Source: the human T2T-CHM13v2.0 reference genome, Homo sapiens
DNA length: 64,000 nucleotides
Assembly (NCBI RefSeq): GCF_009914755.1
Contig: NC_060940.1
Strand: one strand, 5' to 3'
The notes under the pieces were generated by a model that worked only from the letters and a program-made list of their open reading frames with translations, searched no databases and was not told where the DNA came from. Shown one piece after another: positions 42,500 to 56,090 of the stretch (position 1 is the stretch's first letter; the number at the start of each line of letters is the position of its first letter). Made by a program: the position numbers and the translations under genes.

Positions 42500-42778
42500 C
42501 AAAATCTAAACACTCAACCACATATCATCACAATGCCAAGAATCTAATAAAAATTACTAATCATATGGAGAAGCAGCATATTGTGACTCATGATCAGGAG
42601 AAAAATCAGAATATAGAACCACACTCAGGAGAGACAGAGCTGATGCTATCAGCAAAGACTTTAAGAGAGCTTTTATAAATAATCTGTAAAATTAAAATAA
42701 AAACCTGTAAGAGACAATAATATATATACACATACATAATATATATACCCACATATATGTATATATATACACATACAC

Positions 42779-42820
<42 letters not shown>

Positions 42821-44290
42821 TAAAACTAAATGGTAAATTACCCAAAATGAAAAAGTCATGGGATGGGCTTAACATAATAAATGAAAGAAAATATCAATGA
42901 GCCAGAAGAAATAGAAATGGAAACCATCCAAATGATGCACAGAGAAAAAAAAACTAAAAAAAAATCAGAGTTTCACTGACCCTTTAAAGAATATGGAGTT
43001 TCTACCACACAAATAATTGGTATCCCAGAAAGAGAAAGGTAAAATATATTTTTAAAAATAACAGTTGAACATTCTTCACATTTAATTAAAACTGTAAATC
43101 CATGGATCTAAGAACCTCAATGAATCCAAGACAGAATAAAAACAAAAACCACTAAATATGTGTGTGTGTGTGTAGTCTATTTGCTGAAAACAGGTGATAC
43201 AGAGAAAAATCTTAAAAGTAGAAAGTAAAAGACACATTATATAGGAAACAAACATAAGAACAATTCCAATGCAAGCCAGAATACAACAGAACAACATTTT
43301 AAAGTGGTTTTTTAAAATCCAGCCTAGAATTATATATACAACAGAAATATTATTAAAAGTAAAAGTAAAATCTACATTTTCAGAAAAAAATGGAAATCAG
43401 TAGCAGACCTACAATACAAGAAATATTCAAATGAAGCTCCTCATGCTGAAAAGAGTGGTAGTGGCTGGAGATGTGGACCTACATAAGGGAATGAAGAGAA
43501 CCAGAAATGATTAATATGTTGGTAAATATGAAAAAAACTTTCTTTACTAATTTCTTTTAAAGCCATTGCCTGTTTAAACAAAAACAATGTTTTGTGAAAT
43601 TTATAACAGGTAGAGAAAAAGAATGTATGACAAAAGCACAGAAGACATAGAAGGGAAATGGAAGTGTACGATAAACATTATTCATAAAGTGTTAAAATAT
43701 TATTTGAAGAGAGAGATCATTATGAATCCTAGAGAAATCACTAAGAAAATGAAACAGAGCTATAGCTAATCACTCAACAGTGGAAATAAAACAGAAAACT
43801 AAAAATTATTCAATTAAAGTTTTAAGTAAAAAGAGAAAAAACAATAGATTGTTTAAAAAGAAAACAAGGTTCAAACGGGTAAAATCAAACTCATTTGAAT
43901 ACTTCTATTAAATGTAAAATAGACTCCATTAAATGAAAAAAATTATATTTTGTAAAAAGCAAGCTCCAAGTGTAGACTATCTATATTGAACACTTTAAAT
44001 GTGAAGACATAAGTGAGTTAAAAATTAAAGGATAGGAAAAGAAATGCCACGCAAACACTAATCTTAAGAAAATTGGAGTGGCCATATTAATATCAGAGAA
44101 TGGAGACTTCCAGACAGATCAAGGAATATAGCTAGGGCATTAGGGAATATTTTAGGCTGATGGAAATATACTATATTATGATGTTAGTAAATACATGAGT
44201 ACATGTATTTGTCAGACATCATCAAAAAGTACACTTAAAATGATTGTGTTTCATTGTATATAAATTGTACTTCCACTGAAAAATGTTGAT
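42500..44290 (+). mobile_element. Old L1M (ORF1/inter-ORF remnants plus an L1MC/MD-like 3' piece)
   Basis: AACTGTAAATCCATGGATC...AGAGAAAAATCTTAAAAG; GCCTAGAATTATATA; GGAGTGGCCATATTAATATCAGA; GTACACTTAAAAT. Confidence 0.7.
42720..42820. repeat. (TA)n/(CA)/(TG)n microsatellite
   Basis: Seen directly. Confidence 0.85.
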
Positions 44291-44379
44291 TTTTTTTAAA
44301 AAAAAGAAGTAGAACCATATATGATGATTTGGGAAGATATTCAAGATATATTAATGAACAGAGCAAGTTAAAGAATTAG

Positions 44380-45205
44380 TTGTATATGTATATACATATA
44401 TATATGTATATACATATATGTATATACTACATATATTATATATGTATATACATATATGTATATAATACATATATTATATATGTATATAATACATATATTA
44501 TATATGTATATAATACATATATTATATATGTATATAATACATATATTATATATGTATATAATACATATATTATATATGTATATAATACATATATTATATA
44601 TGTATATAATACATATATTATATATGTATATAATACATATATTATATATGTATATAATACATATATTATATATGTATATAATACATATATTATATATGTA
44701 TATAATACATGTATATAATACATATATTATATATGTATATAATACATGTATATAATACATATATTATATATGTATATACATATATGTATATAATACATAT
44801 ATTATATATGTATATACATATATGTATATAATACATATATTATATATGTATATACATATATGTATATAATACATATATTATATATGTATATACATATATG
44901 TATATAATACATATATTATATACGTATATACATATATGTATATAATACATATATTATATACGTATATACATATATGTGTATAATACATATATTATATATG
45001 TATATACATATATGTGTATAATACATATATTATATATGTATATACATATACGTATAATACATATATTATATATGTATATACATATACGTATAATACATAT
45101 ATTAACTATATATACACTAACATATATGTATATAGACACTATATACACTAACTGTATGTGTGTATGTACATATACACACATGCATATAGTGTGTATATAT
45201 ATCAC
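44380..45205. repeat. AT-rich minisatellite: 24-bp unit TATAATACATATATTATATATGTA (10 perfect copies, 44461-44700), then 38-bp variant units
   Basis: Seen directly; lies inside an L1ME-like 3' region (about 44290-45460). Confidence 0.95.
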
Positions 45206-45990
45206 ATAGAACTTTTTTTTCAAAAGGATACACAGTGGAATGGTTAATTTGCTGCAGAGGAACTGGGGTTTGGCGAAGTCTTTTAGTTTTATCTTGTGTC
45301 TTTCTGAATTGCTCAAATTTTTCAAATAAGCACATAAATTCCTTTCAGATACATCAGTAGGGGTTATCTGCATAGTTAGAATATTATGGATATATATATA
45401 TTACACACATATATATACAGCTTTTAATTTTTTTAATGAATAAACATTTTTAAAATAAACAGGCTTTCATTTGGTTGTATTTACTGAACAAAATACTGGG
45501 ACAAATTTTCAAAGGCATTTAGTTTCAATGTCCCGAGATTATGATGTTGCTATAAATTAGTCATTTACATATTCTCCCCAGATGCAATTCCTTGGTAATT
45601 TCTCGTCTATTCAATAATCCTATATTGAGCATCACAGGAAGCTACCTAGAAGCTATGCTAAGACTGAGCATTTCACAAGGCAGAGATAGGTACAGAAGTT
45701 ACCTTAACAGCAAATGTGATCCTAGGTGGTAAACAAACCCCCAGAACATACTTATTTCTAAGAAGGTTTACATAGGGCCAAATCTTTTTCTTCCTTAGCT
45801 CTGCTTGGAACAAAATAATATGTTGATCGTAACGTATCAATTTAAAATAAGCCAACCAACGAATCAACCAATAAATATTGATTCCAATCTTTTTTACCTG
45901 TGCCTCCAATTAAAATGACTGTTCACCTAGATAAAACATATCTATTTGAAAAGTCTATATCATGTCATAAGGGATATTTCAAGGTTTCAC

Positions 45991-46241
45991 AGTTATTTGT
46001 TCACACCCCCATTACTTTTATTAGTAGGTTGGTTCATCATCACAGGTGATTAGCCAGGCTGGAGTAAAGGTCAACCACCTCTAAGAGAAAGAAAATCTTT
46101 CAATTAGTTAAGAATTGGTGCAGAGCAATATTGGAGCCAGGGTGAGAAATATCAAAGAAATCAAAGGAAAGGATGACCCAATTATTGTCCAAAAGGCAAC
46201 CAATTATTCTTTAGGGAAAGCCAATCTTGGCCTGCCTAATG
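45991..46241 (+). repeat. Duplicated unique block B, copy 2 (enhancer-like)
   Basis: Collinear with 40816-41070. Confidence 0.92.
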
Positions 46242-46355
46242 GGAGATGACATCCACCCCCCATGCCTATGCTGTGTCATCCTAATGACACACTCAAAAAT
46301 CATAGGCAGGTGCATCTTGGTGTAGGAGACACAGGCCCATCACCATCCACTCTAG

Positions 46356-46788
<433 letters not shown>

Positions 46789-47014
46789 TTGCTGCATCTT
46801 ACGACCCAGCTCAAATGTTACCTCTTCTGCAAAGTCACCCCCGGCTTCCGCAGGAAAGTAGTCACTCCTTTGCCCCCAGTCCTGAACACTTACCTCTGGC
46901 TATGATAATCCACTGTATTACCACTATCAAGTCTCCCCTCCTACTACATGGGTGCTTCTCACTTTTGGATACACATTACAGTTAACCTAATGAGTTAATT
47001 TCTTTTTACTTGGG

Positions 47015-47285
47015 CTTAATTCCCAGAGATTTCTATAGAGTGAGTCTGCAGGTATGGCCTCGGCATAGGAGGTTGATTTCCCCAGGTGATTCTAACGTGC
47101 AGGTAAGGCTGAGACCCACAACAGGAGGCCAGTGCTTCAAAACTGTAACGTGCACATGAATCACCTAGAGTCTTGTCAAAATGAAGTTCAGTGTCAGGTG
47201 GTCTGGGGAGGGGCCCAAGATTCTGCATTTCTAGCAAGCTCCCAGCTGCCCCTGCGGCTGGACTCAGTGAGATATCAGATAGCAA
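47015..47285. mobile_element. MER5A/B fragments (hAT-Charlie)
   Basis: CCCCAGGTGATTCTAA; GAATCACCTAG...GGGCCCAAGATTCTGCATTTCTAGCAAGCTCCCAG. Confidence 0.8.
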
Positions 47286-47339
47286 ACTCCTTGGGAGCAG
47301 GAAGCTGACACTGTAGTACTCGAAGACTGTGTTGTCAGG

Positions 47340-47960
47340 AGTTCTCATACATTGCAGGAGAGTGAGCATTGACCCAACCACTTAGAACAGTAATTTGGCA
47401 GAACTTATTAACCTTAAAATATGCACATATATTTTGACCAGCAACCTTGTTTTTGATCATTAGAGGATAATAAGAGCACACGAGGTTGTTTGTAAGGAAT
47501 GTTTAGTGCAGCCTTGTTTGTGATGACAAAAAAAGTAAAAAAAAAAACTAAATGTTTAAGAAAGAAATGGTTGACTGTAAATTATTTTTATACCTTCATG
47601 AAATATTATGTAGCCATTGAAAAGAATGACTTAGAGCTAAGTCTACGGATAAGGAGATTTAGTTCTGACATATCGTTAGTAAGAAAAAAAGGTTACCAAA
47701 TAGCATTCATAGTATGATTCTATTTTTTCAAACAAATAGAAAAAGCCTATTACACAGGTTTATGTGTGTGTCTAGGCTTGATTGAGATGGCAAAAGATGT
47801 TGAAATGCACACAACTGGAAGTTGATATCAATTTGTCTTAGGTATTGATGGTGAGAAGCAAGTGAGGATGGAGGAGGGTATTTAAAAATCTTTATCTCAT
47901 TTTCTTGGCTGTGGTGAGTATAACTCACTTCTGGAATCTTTAAAGGGTCATTAATGAAAA
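47340..47960 (+). mobile_element. Old L1ME/MC 3' fragment
   Basis: AAGGAATGTTTAGTGCAGCCTTGTTTGT; AAATATTATGTAGCCATTGAAAAGAATGA. Confidence 0.65.
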
Positions 47961-47999
47961 GAAAACAAAAATGTTTGCTAATATAGACTCCAATATGAA

Positions 48000-48560
48000 A
48001 TGCCACCAGACGTTCTATTTCTACTTCTAAAATTCAATTCAGATCACAACCCCACTATAAGTTCCTCACTGCCTCACTGGCCCCAAGTCTTGAGGACAAA
48101 GTGCAAGTTCCTTAGCAAGGTGTACAAGCCCCTGCATGACCTGTTTACTGCCTGCCTCCCTACCTTCAGCCCTAGCTTCACCCTCCCCCACCTGTATACA
48201 TGCCTTCGTCATCCCAAGCATTCCATGTTCTCACTGGTCTCCAAGCTTTGCACATGCAGTGGCCTCTCTCTGCGATGCCTGTCCTTCCCTCCTTCACCTG
48301 GATTATTATTATTTTTCCTTCAAGGTTCAGCTCAGAGTTTCTTCCTCTAGGAAGACTTTCTGACAGCTCTTCTGCAGGACTGGATTGGATGCTGCCTCTG
48401 TGGACTCTAATAGCACCCTCTGTCCCAGACTAGTCATTCTGAACTGTAATTTTATGTTTACTTGATATGTCTACTAAACTATTTGTCATTAAGGATAGGG
48501 GACATACTTTGGGCCACCATAAATGCTCAACAAATATGTGTTGAATGGCTGAATTGCTGA
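48000..48560 (+). mobile_element. L2
   Basis: AAGCCCCTGCATGACCTG...CTTTGCACATGC...CTCAACAAATATGTGTTGAATG. Confidence 0.75.
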
Positions 48561-48672
48561 GTAAAGTGGATGGGTGGGTGAATGATAAAGATGAATGGGT
48601 GAATGAATGGAAGGAAGGACAGATAATACAAATAGATGGATGGATGGATGATTGATGGATAGATGAATGGCA
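48560..48672. repeat. (GGAT)n/(GAAT)n repeat extending the L2 tail
   Basis: Seen directly. Confidence 0.75.
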
Positions 48673-49929
48673 GGCACAGAGCTGCAATGACTTTCTCAAG
48701 ATCACATAGCCAGTGGCTTCTAAGAAAAAATAAGTATGTGACACCAAAAAAGTAAAAGAAAGAAAAGAGCAATACTTTTTCCCAGGTCTATTTACTCCTT
48801 CTGATGATGCCAGAGCCACCTTTGGACAGTCCATGAATCTGAAAATCCTTTTGGGTCAGGCTGGAAACCAGGACTGTCAGCTTAAAAGCCATGTCAGTAT
48901 TCATCTTGCCACAGCCTCTGCTGGAACCAATGCCCTCAGACAGGTGACTCAGAGATCAGAAGTGGTACCATGTATTTTCCTTTCAAGCTCACTCAGGACC
49001 GAAATGAGATCTCCAGGTAGTTCAGAATCCCACACCCTCACACACACATGCATACACGTGCTCACACATGCACACACATACATATGCACACTCACAGGCA
49101 GTGGGTCAGTACAATGCAGGAGAAAATGGCAAGGCCTGTGATGCCAGAGAAGCTGCTGCAGCTCATTTAACACCAAATCACTTGTAATCCATCAGACCTG
49201 GCATTTTCTCTCTGCCTTTCCAGGGTGTCTTAATAAAGCTCTCCAAAATTGTATTGCTACTAAGAAAAATCAAGCATATAAAAATGCCTAGTCACCAGCC
49301 TATTGCAAACTAAATTTGGACGTCAGTAGCACGGAATCATTTTGAGAGTAAAAGGGGTGCCCACTGGACACTGAGAGTAAACTGAGGTGTCTGAGACAAA
49401 GCAGGGTATATGTTCACCTTAGACACGAAGGTCTCTGAAATCACTGGTTTCCTGGCAATTGGCATGTATTTTTCAAATTTTAGTGGGACATTTTATTTTT
49501 AACATAATTGATGGAAGCAATAACTTTTCATTCATACCTGTATTTCTGTTTTCTGGCATGGAACCTGACGTGTAATTGCCCATTGAATGAATGAACCACA
49601 TCAGTAACCATCACAGTGGGTCCACATAACTCAGCTCCCCTAGGGCCATCCCCTGGTGTAGGGAATAAACTTCCACAGCAAACTCCCAGACATCTCCCAC
49701 CCAGGCCTCCTCTCTGCACCCTCCCCTTCCTGATTCGCATTCTCAGACAATCTCCTCACTCAGCACTACTCAGCCCTTTAGCTCTTATTCTCTATCATTT
49801 GATCGACCTCCTAACATCCTGATTGAAGACATAAAATAGGCCCTGGAGCTTATGATTCTAAGAAGGACACCAAAATGCGCCCTCTATGTCCTTCAGAGTC
49901 ACACACCCTTGCTGGGCTCTTCCTTCTTC

Positions 49930-50228
49930 TATTTGTTTTGAGATGGAGTCACGCTCTGTCACCCAGGCTGGAGTACAATGGCTCCATCTCAGCTCACTGC
50001 AACTTCTGTCTCCCGAGTTCAACCGATTCTGCCTCAGCCTCCCGAGTAGCTGGGATTACAAGTGTGTGCCACCACATCTGACTTTTTTTTTTATTTTTTT
50101 GTACTTTTAGTAGAGACAGTGTTTCACCGTGTTGACCAGGCTGCTCTCAAACTCCTGGCCTCAAGTGATTTGCCCGCCTTGGCCTCCCAAAGTGCTAGGA
50201 TTACAGGCATGAGCCACAGCACCCAGCC
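49930..50228 (-). mobile_element. Alu (old S)
   Basis: Antisense dimer; TSD TCTTCC(T/A)TCTT. Confidence 0.93.
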
Positions 50229-50751
50229 TCTTCCATCTTTTGTGAGCCCCTCCCTCACACGCTTTCTCAGTTGGGGAAGGAGAAAGCCAACTCTGCTTGC
50301 ATTAACCATGTGATATTTCTTCACAAAGAAAACAAATGCCTCCTAGGGTTGGTTTGTTCTCCCTTGTCTAAACCATCATCCCATTTGTGCTTTAGCTTCA
50401 TCTTCAAGCTGGGTTGTAAACTCTTTGAAAGAAGGAGCTGTGTCTTCATACTTTGAGATTTCCACCAATAAGAATATCCCACGGTAAACAGTGTGTTTGC
50501 TTCACTATACAGTTTCCTTGAAAGGACCAAGTGCAAAATGCCATTAATAGTCATGTAATTTACTTTTGTTTTCTGGCTTTTTCTAGATGAATGTAAAGGT
50601 ATTCCCAAGGGTTTTCATATATTTACTTTTCACCTTGATCCCCAAAATTATTTTTACTATAAAGCCTTAGAATCCTTAATCACAACTTCTCAAACCATTT
50701 GAGTTGATCATCTATGACGAAAAGGATGAGGGCAAGAGAAATATTTTAGGT

Positions 50752-51279
<528 letters not shown>

Positions 51280-51439
51280 ATGTGTCTGCCTTCTAATAGT
51301 GCTAGTGTCAAGATTTCTGCCTTTCAGTTCTTCAGTCCAAATCTTAAATCTAAATCAATCAGATATAGGAGCCAATATTTTTATTAAGCACATACGATAG
51401 GTCAGGAATTTGGGGGAGGTCAAGAACTTGGCAGAGTGC

Positions 51440-51610
51440 TTTTCATGCATCTCTCAAATCATCTTCCACAACCGTCTGAGATATAGCCCACGATTGCCTT
51501 AATTCTACAAATGAGAACACTAAGGGACAGAGAGAGAAGCTCTTCCCAAAGTCACACAGATAAGACTCCAGAGCCAACACCCAGGAGCAGTGTTTACATT
51601 GCCTACACTC
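51440..51610 (-). mobile_element. MIR
   Basis: TTCTACAAATGAGAACACTAAGG...CCCAAAGTCACACAG. Confidence 0.6.
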
Positions 51611-51787
51611 CGATATTACAGAATAATACATACAACCTATGGAAAAGTGTGCAAGGAAGGAACATGCCTGAAGGTGGAGCATCAGTGAGTTGTAAAACAT
51701 CATATCTGGTCAGCAATCCCTGAGACAGATGTACTGACCTCCTTTTCCAGCTCCAGTAACCTGTCAGATGTCATTCAAATGCTCAAC

Positions 51788-52170
51788 TGCCTTGAGTTGA
51801 GTTCTTCTGAGGGCAGACCCTGAGACAAAGACACGGATTCACCATACGTGGGAGGTGATCCCAGGAGGCATAAATAAGGAAGTGAGAAAATGAGACAGAG
51901 AATAGAGAAAGGCTAACAAGTTGTGGCCTACTGGGACTTGTCCCCCTAGAGATCCTCTTTGGAACCAGTTAGAATAGACTTCAGAACTGAACAGCCATGG
52001 GTGGGGAGCCTGGGGCATTTATCTATTGACTTCCATCTGCTGTTGGTTGAGGGTTAACTCCCTCCACCTCTCAGTTGTACCCGCACAGCGCTGAGCAGGC
52101 TTTGTCAACTTCAGAGAAGGCCAGGCAGCAAGATAATATCCAGCTTCCTCTAGATGCACAGAAATTTGGC
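51788..52170 (-). mobile_element. LTR16-like (ERVL) LTR
   Basis: GCAGACCCTGAGACAAAG...GGGAGGTGATCCCAGGA...GAGAAAATGAGACAG. Confidence 0.65.
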
Positions 52171-52949
52171 AAAAAGAAACATCACACCTACTCCTTCCAG
52201 ACTGGGTGGGACAGTCTAACAGTGTCCAGGTCTCACTGGAGAAGTTTCTGGTATTGGGATGAAGAAAACATGCATATCAGAGGGAGTCCAAACTCAAGTC
52301 AGTGAGTTTTTTTAAAAGCTTGTATTTGTATATTTGATGTGCAACCTAATTAGACCAGAGCATCTTTAATTAAGTGTGTCAGCCCCAGTGGAAGCCACAG
52401 AGTTCCATGCTAATAAAGCTGATAAAGGTTTTTGTTTCCCAGACTTCTTTTATTTAATGCCTCAACCATGTTAAGCCAATCTGTAACATATGGGCAGTTC
52501 TCCCACTATGGATTTATCACTTGGGTGTTTCTTTCTGTGAATTAATGCAATCAAACTCCTGCCAGTGTTAATTATTTTTATTCGAGAAGCAAATCCCAGA
52601 ATTTAGCAATAACCAGCTGTAATTTACTGTTGGCAGTGCAGCAGAACGATGGACTCGTGCTGCCTGCCACCACCCCGGGCAGATGGGGAGAGGCCTCTGT
52701 GCTCTGGGGCTGACCTAAGATTTCAGTGGTTCCAGATACAGGCAGAATTCTTGGCATTGGCCAGCCTTATCACCCCTCTAAGAGCATAAATCTTGTGGTT
52801 TGCAATAAGCATCCCTTCTAGAATTTTTGCTGGTCACTAGGCGACCGCACGCCTGGCAGACTTTGTGAGGTGGGATGTACTGCACACACCACCTGCCTGG
52901 CCCCCCTTGTCAGGTCTTGCTAATAGAACACTGGACAACAGTGTTGACC

Positions 52950-53310
52950 TTTGGGCCTTTCTAGTGCTCTCCCTGATGGCTGGAATACTTTTCACCACAT
53001 TGGCCCATAGCTAGCAATCTCTCCTTCTCCAGGTCTTGGCTTGAATGTCATTTCTGTCCACCCCATTTAACAAAGTTCTCAGTCACATTGAATTTCTTTC
53101 TCAGTTCTCCTTTTTATTCAAAGCCTTTAGCACATGATCATAATCACCTGCTTTGCTTAACTATCTGTTTACTTACCATGTGCTTTCCCCTAGAATATAA
53201 GCACCCTGAGAGGGTGTCATGTAGCCTTATTTAGTGCTGCATCTCCAGCCTCCAGCACATTGTAGGGTATAGAATAGATGCTTAGTCAATAGCTATGTCG
53301 TAAATGGATA
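52950..53310 (+). mobile_element. L2
   Basis: CCCTAGAATATAAGCACCCTGAGAGG...CTGCATCTCCAGC...TAGATGCTTAGT. Confidence 0.65.
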
Positions 53311-53479
53311 AGGAAATCTCAAAGGGATGACTGTGGGCTTTTTCTACCCAAGTCCTGTCTGCATCAGAAATATTATAGGTTATGAAGAACCACAAGTTTA
53401 TTTTGATACTTGACTAGGAGGGTCACCCATCAGACAATAACAGAACAAAAGAGATCAACAATAAGACAGAATATGTAGC

Positions 53480-53615
53480 CATCCTTGGCTAAATGATGAA
53501 GCGGGTCAGAATTTAGAATAAGCAAACCAGAATTTGAATTCTGGCTGTGTGACCTCAAGTCAATCATTTACCCTGTCTGATTTTTATTTCTTCATCCATA
53601 AAAAATGAACACAAC
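53480..53615 (+). mobile_element. MIR
   Basis: TTTGAATTCTGGC...TGTGACCT...TTTCTTCATCCATAAAA. Confidence 0.55.
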
Positions 53616-54429
53616 CATCACCAATGACGTATAAAAGCAAAATTTGTAAGCAAAATTGTTCAATAAATGGTCTTTGAATCTGAACTGGAGGAAAACCAGT
53701 CTCAGAAGAAGAAACAGTGCTGTCCTTGGAGATATCTGTATAAACAAGTAAATAAACACCCAACTGGATTATTAAATTTGTGGCATAGGCCCACATGATT
53801 GTATAAAATGTAGGAAGTCCTACGATCAATTCTCAACATGGTAAGTCTTGCTGAAGTTACTTTGCCATAGTTTTATTGTAGCATTGCATGAGGTACATTC
53901 CTGTGTCTTGGATATCTACTTTAAATAAAAGACAAAAATAAGACTTCCTTTATTTATCTTCATATCTCCTTCACGCATTCCAACATTGTTCATTCCTGGA
54001 ATGACTTAGATATTTAGGGACATTGGTCTGGAAATGCCAGGAGAATAAGGCTCCTTTAGGATAACAGATGAGTCTAGCAAGCTGAACCCCAAGGACTGGG
54101 TACTTTCCTGTCAGCTTCAGAATGAGGGTAAACCTCAAAGTTAGTATGAAGCAGAAAACTCAAATGAATGAAAGGCAGCTTTCATTCAGGGAATATCTGA
54201 AATATCTTACTCTTTGCAAGGCACAGATTGCCCACCTGTTTTATGAAGGGCTATGTTTCTCTCTATGTATACAGGTGAGAAAGGAAAGTTCTAGAAAAAT
54301 ACTCCTGACAACTCAAGATGTCAAGTCTGCTATCCAGTAATTGAAAGGCACAGGAAGAAGGGAGAAGATAGGAGAGCTGATCCCTATGCCATGATTTCAT
54401 ATTATTGAGTTCTCTCCACTCTGATAACC

Positions 54430-54519
54430 CAATGGCTCCCCAAAACTCCTTCCATGGAAACCTCCCAACCCAGGTGCACCCTGCTTGGCTAAAACTCTGA
54501 CAGTAGCAGGAAAACGTGC
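54430..54519 (+). repeat. Duplicated 90-bp block C, copy 1
   Basis: 75/90 identical, ungapped, to 56091-56180. Confidence 0.92.
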
Positions 54520-55199
54520 ATGCCTTGCATGAGACAGTCTGGCTTTTCCCCAATCCATAAGCACCGAGACGCCAAGCTCAGGGTGACAGTTCCACGGCGC
54601 AACCCCAGAGCCTAAGCCACCGTTGCCCATATGCTTTCTGTGCTCAATAAATGTTGAGTAAATGCTTTCACTCAGTCCTCAACATCATCTTTCTCATTTT
54701 TAAAAGCAGCTCTATCTTCTTCTATGTAGACAAACACAGAAGTTTTAGTCCATCATGAAAGGGAGAAGCCGCCTTTCTTCCCAGGAAGGATGGCTGAACA
54801 CATGACTTGAACTTGACTGAGTAATCTGCATGTGTACTTGAACTTGATCAAGTAAACTTCATGTGTGTGCAATGAAATTTCACTGAATGTGTATCTGAGA
54901 GACCTCTAGGTTGAACACATCTGAAGTAGATATAATGTAAAAGATAGTTAACTTTTCATTAATCTCTTTAGATACCTCTGTTTCTAGTTCTAGATTAACT
55001 TTCCTCATAGGACAGAGATACATATTGCCATATTGCCCTTGGATAACTAATCTAACTTGTTACTCATGGCTGCACATGAATTAAAGAACTAAAGCTAAAA
55101 TTCATTCCAATTCATATCTGCATTGATGACTTGCAGAGGGGAATTTGATAGTATGTGATATTATTGGTGATAATATTCTCATTGATGTTTGATATTTTA

Positions 55200-55705
55200 T
55201 CACATAAACTTGATAAATTAAATACACTTGATAATATTCTCTTTGGATTTAGAAATGATCGGAAGTCAAGGGATACTATCAACAAATGGGAAGGAGGGGT
55301 TAAATTTTGGGAAGGCTCAGATCCTTGGGAAAATCATCCCACAGGAACAGGATGAACCTTATAAATTATAAGCTCATAAACAACGGGTATAAGTGAACAT
55401 ACAGAGGGAAATAATAGACACTGGGGACTCCAAAAGTGGGGAAGGTGAGAGGGGGACTGAGAGTTGAAAAATTATCTCTTGGTTGCAATGTTCCTTATCT
55501 GGGTGAAGAGCACACTAGAAACCCAAGCCTCACTACTTATGCAATCTATCTATGTAACAAATCTGCATATGGACCCCTCAAATCTATAAAAAATAAAAAT
55601 AATAAAAATCTTAAAAATAATTATAAGCTCAAAATGGTGTGATTTAAGACAAAAGTGGACTTGGACACAATTGCTGGCCGTAAGTGGAATATAAGTCAGC
55701 AATAA
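55200..55705 (+). mobile_element. L3/CR1-like fragment
   Basis: Degenerate resemblance (AGAAATGAT...GGATACTATCAAC; AATATAAGTCAGCAAT). Confidence 0.35.
55377..55618 (+). mobile_element. Short L1PB-like 3' end with TSD
   Basis: AATAATAGACACTGGGGACTCC...GTTGAAAAATTA...ATGTAACAAATCTGCA plus A-tail; TSD AATTATAAGCTCA at 55364-55376 and 55619-55631. Confidence 0.9.
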
Positions 55706-55794
55706 AACAGACACCAGGAAACAGGTCCACAGAGAGGAGACTAAAAATTTTATCTGTCTCTACCCATGCTCAACTTAGAATGAAATGGAATGAA

Positions 55795-55935
55795 GTAAAT
55801 ATTTGAGCTGGAAGTGCTATTATAAATCATCTAGTTCAACCTCCTCCTTTAAGGAATTTCACAGTGGGAAAGTGGCTTGCCCATGGTCACCTTAGTAATG
55901 AACAGCAGAGCTGGGGCTGGGATTCTGGCCTCAGC
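55795..55935 (-). mobile_element. MIR3/MIRc fragment
   Basis: GAGCTGGAAG...ATCATCTAGTTCAACC...GTGGCTTGCCCATGGTCAC. Confidence 0.6.
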
Positions 55936-56090
55936 TCACCCCTATCTCTCAAACTCCAGTTGTAGTTACATCAGGTGATAGGGATTGCTTTGCTCTAGCT
56001 GTGAAGAGAGCAGTAAGAAGACACGTCCAAATGCTGTCTTTGACCTAGGATTGTGAATCAATGAGGGTTAGTTGCATGTGGAAATAGGGT

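Noticed and set aside
44461-44700. Regular 24-bp repeats as a possible CRISPR-like array
   Set aside because: No spacers; a pure tandem repeat in primate DNA
44368-45373. Long Y/I/N-rich ORFs
   Set aside because: Translation of the AT minisatellite
53835-53850. Consensus donor ATG|GTAAGT
   Set aside because: Isolated; such hexamers occur by chance many times in 64 kb, and no paired acceptor was identified
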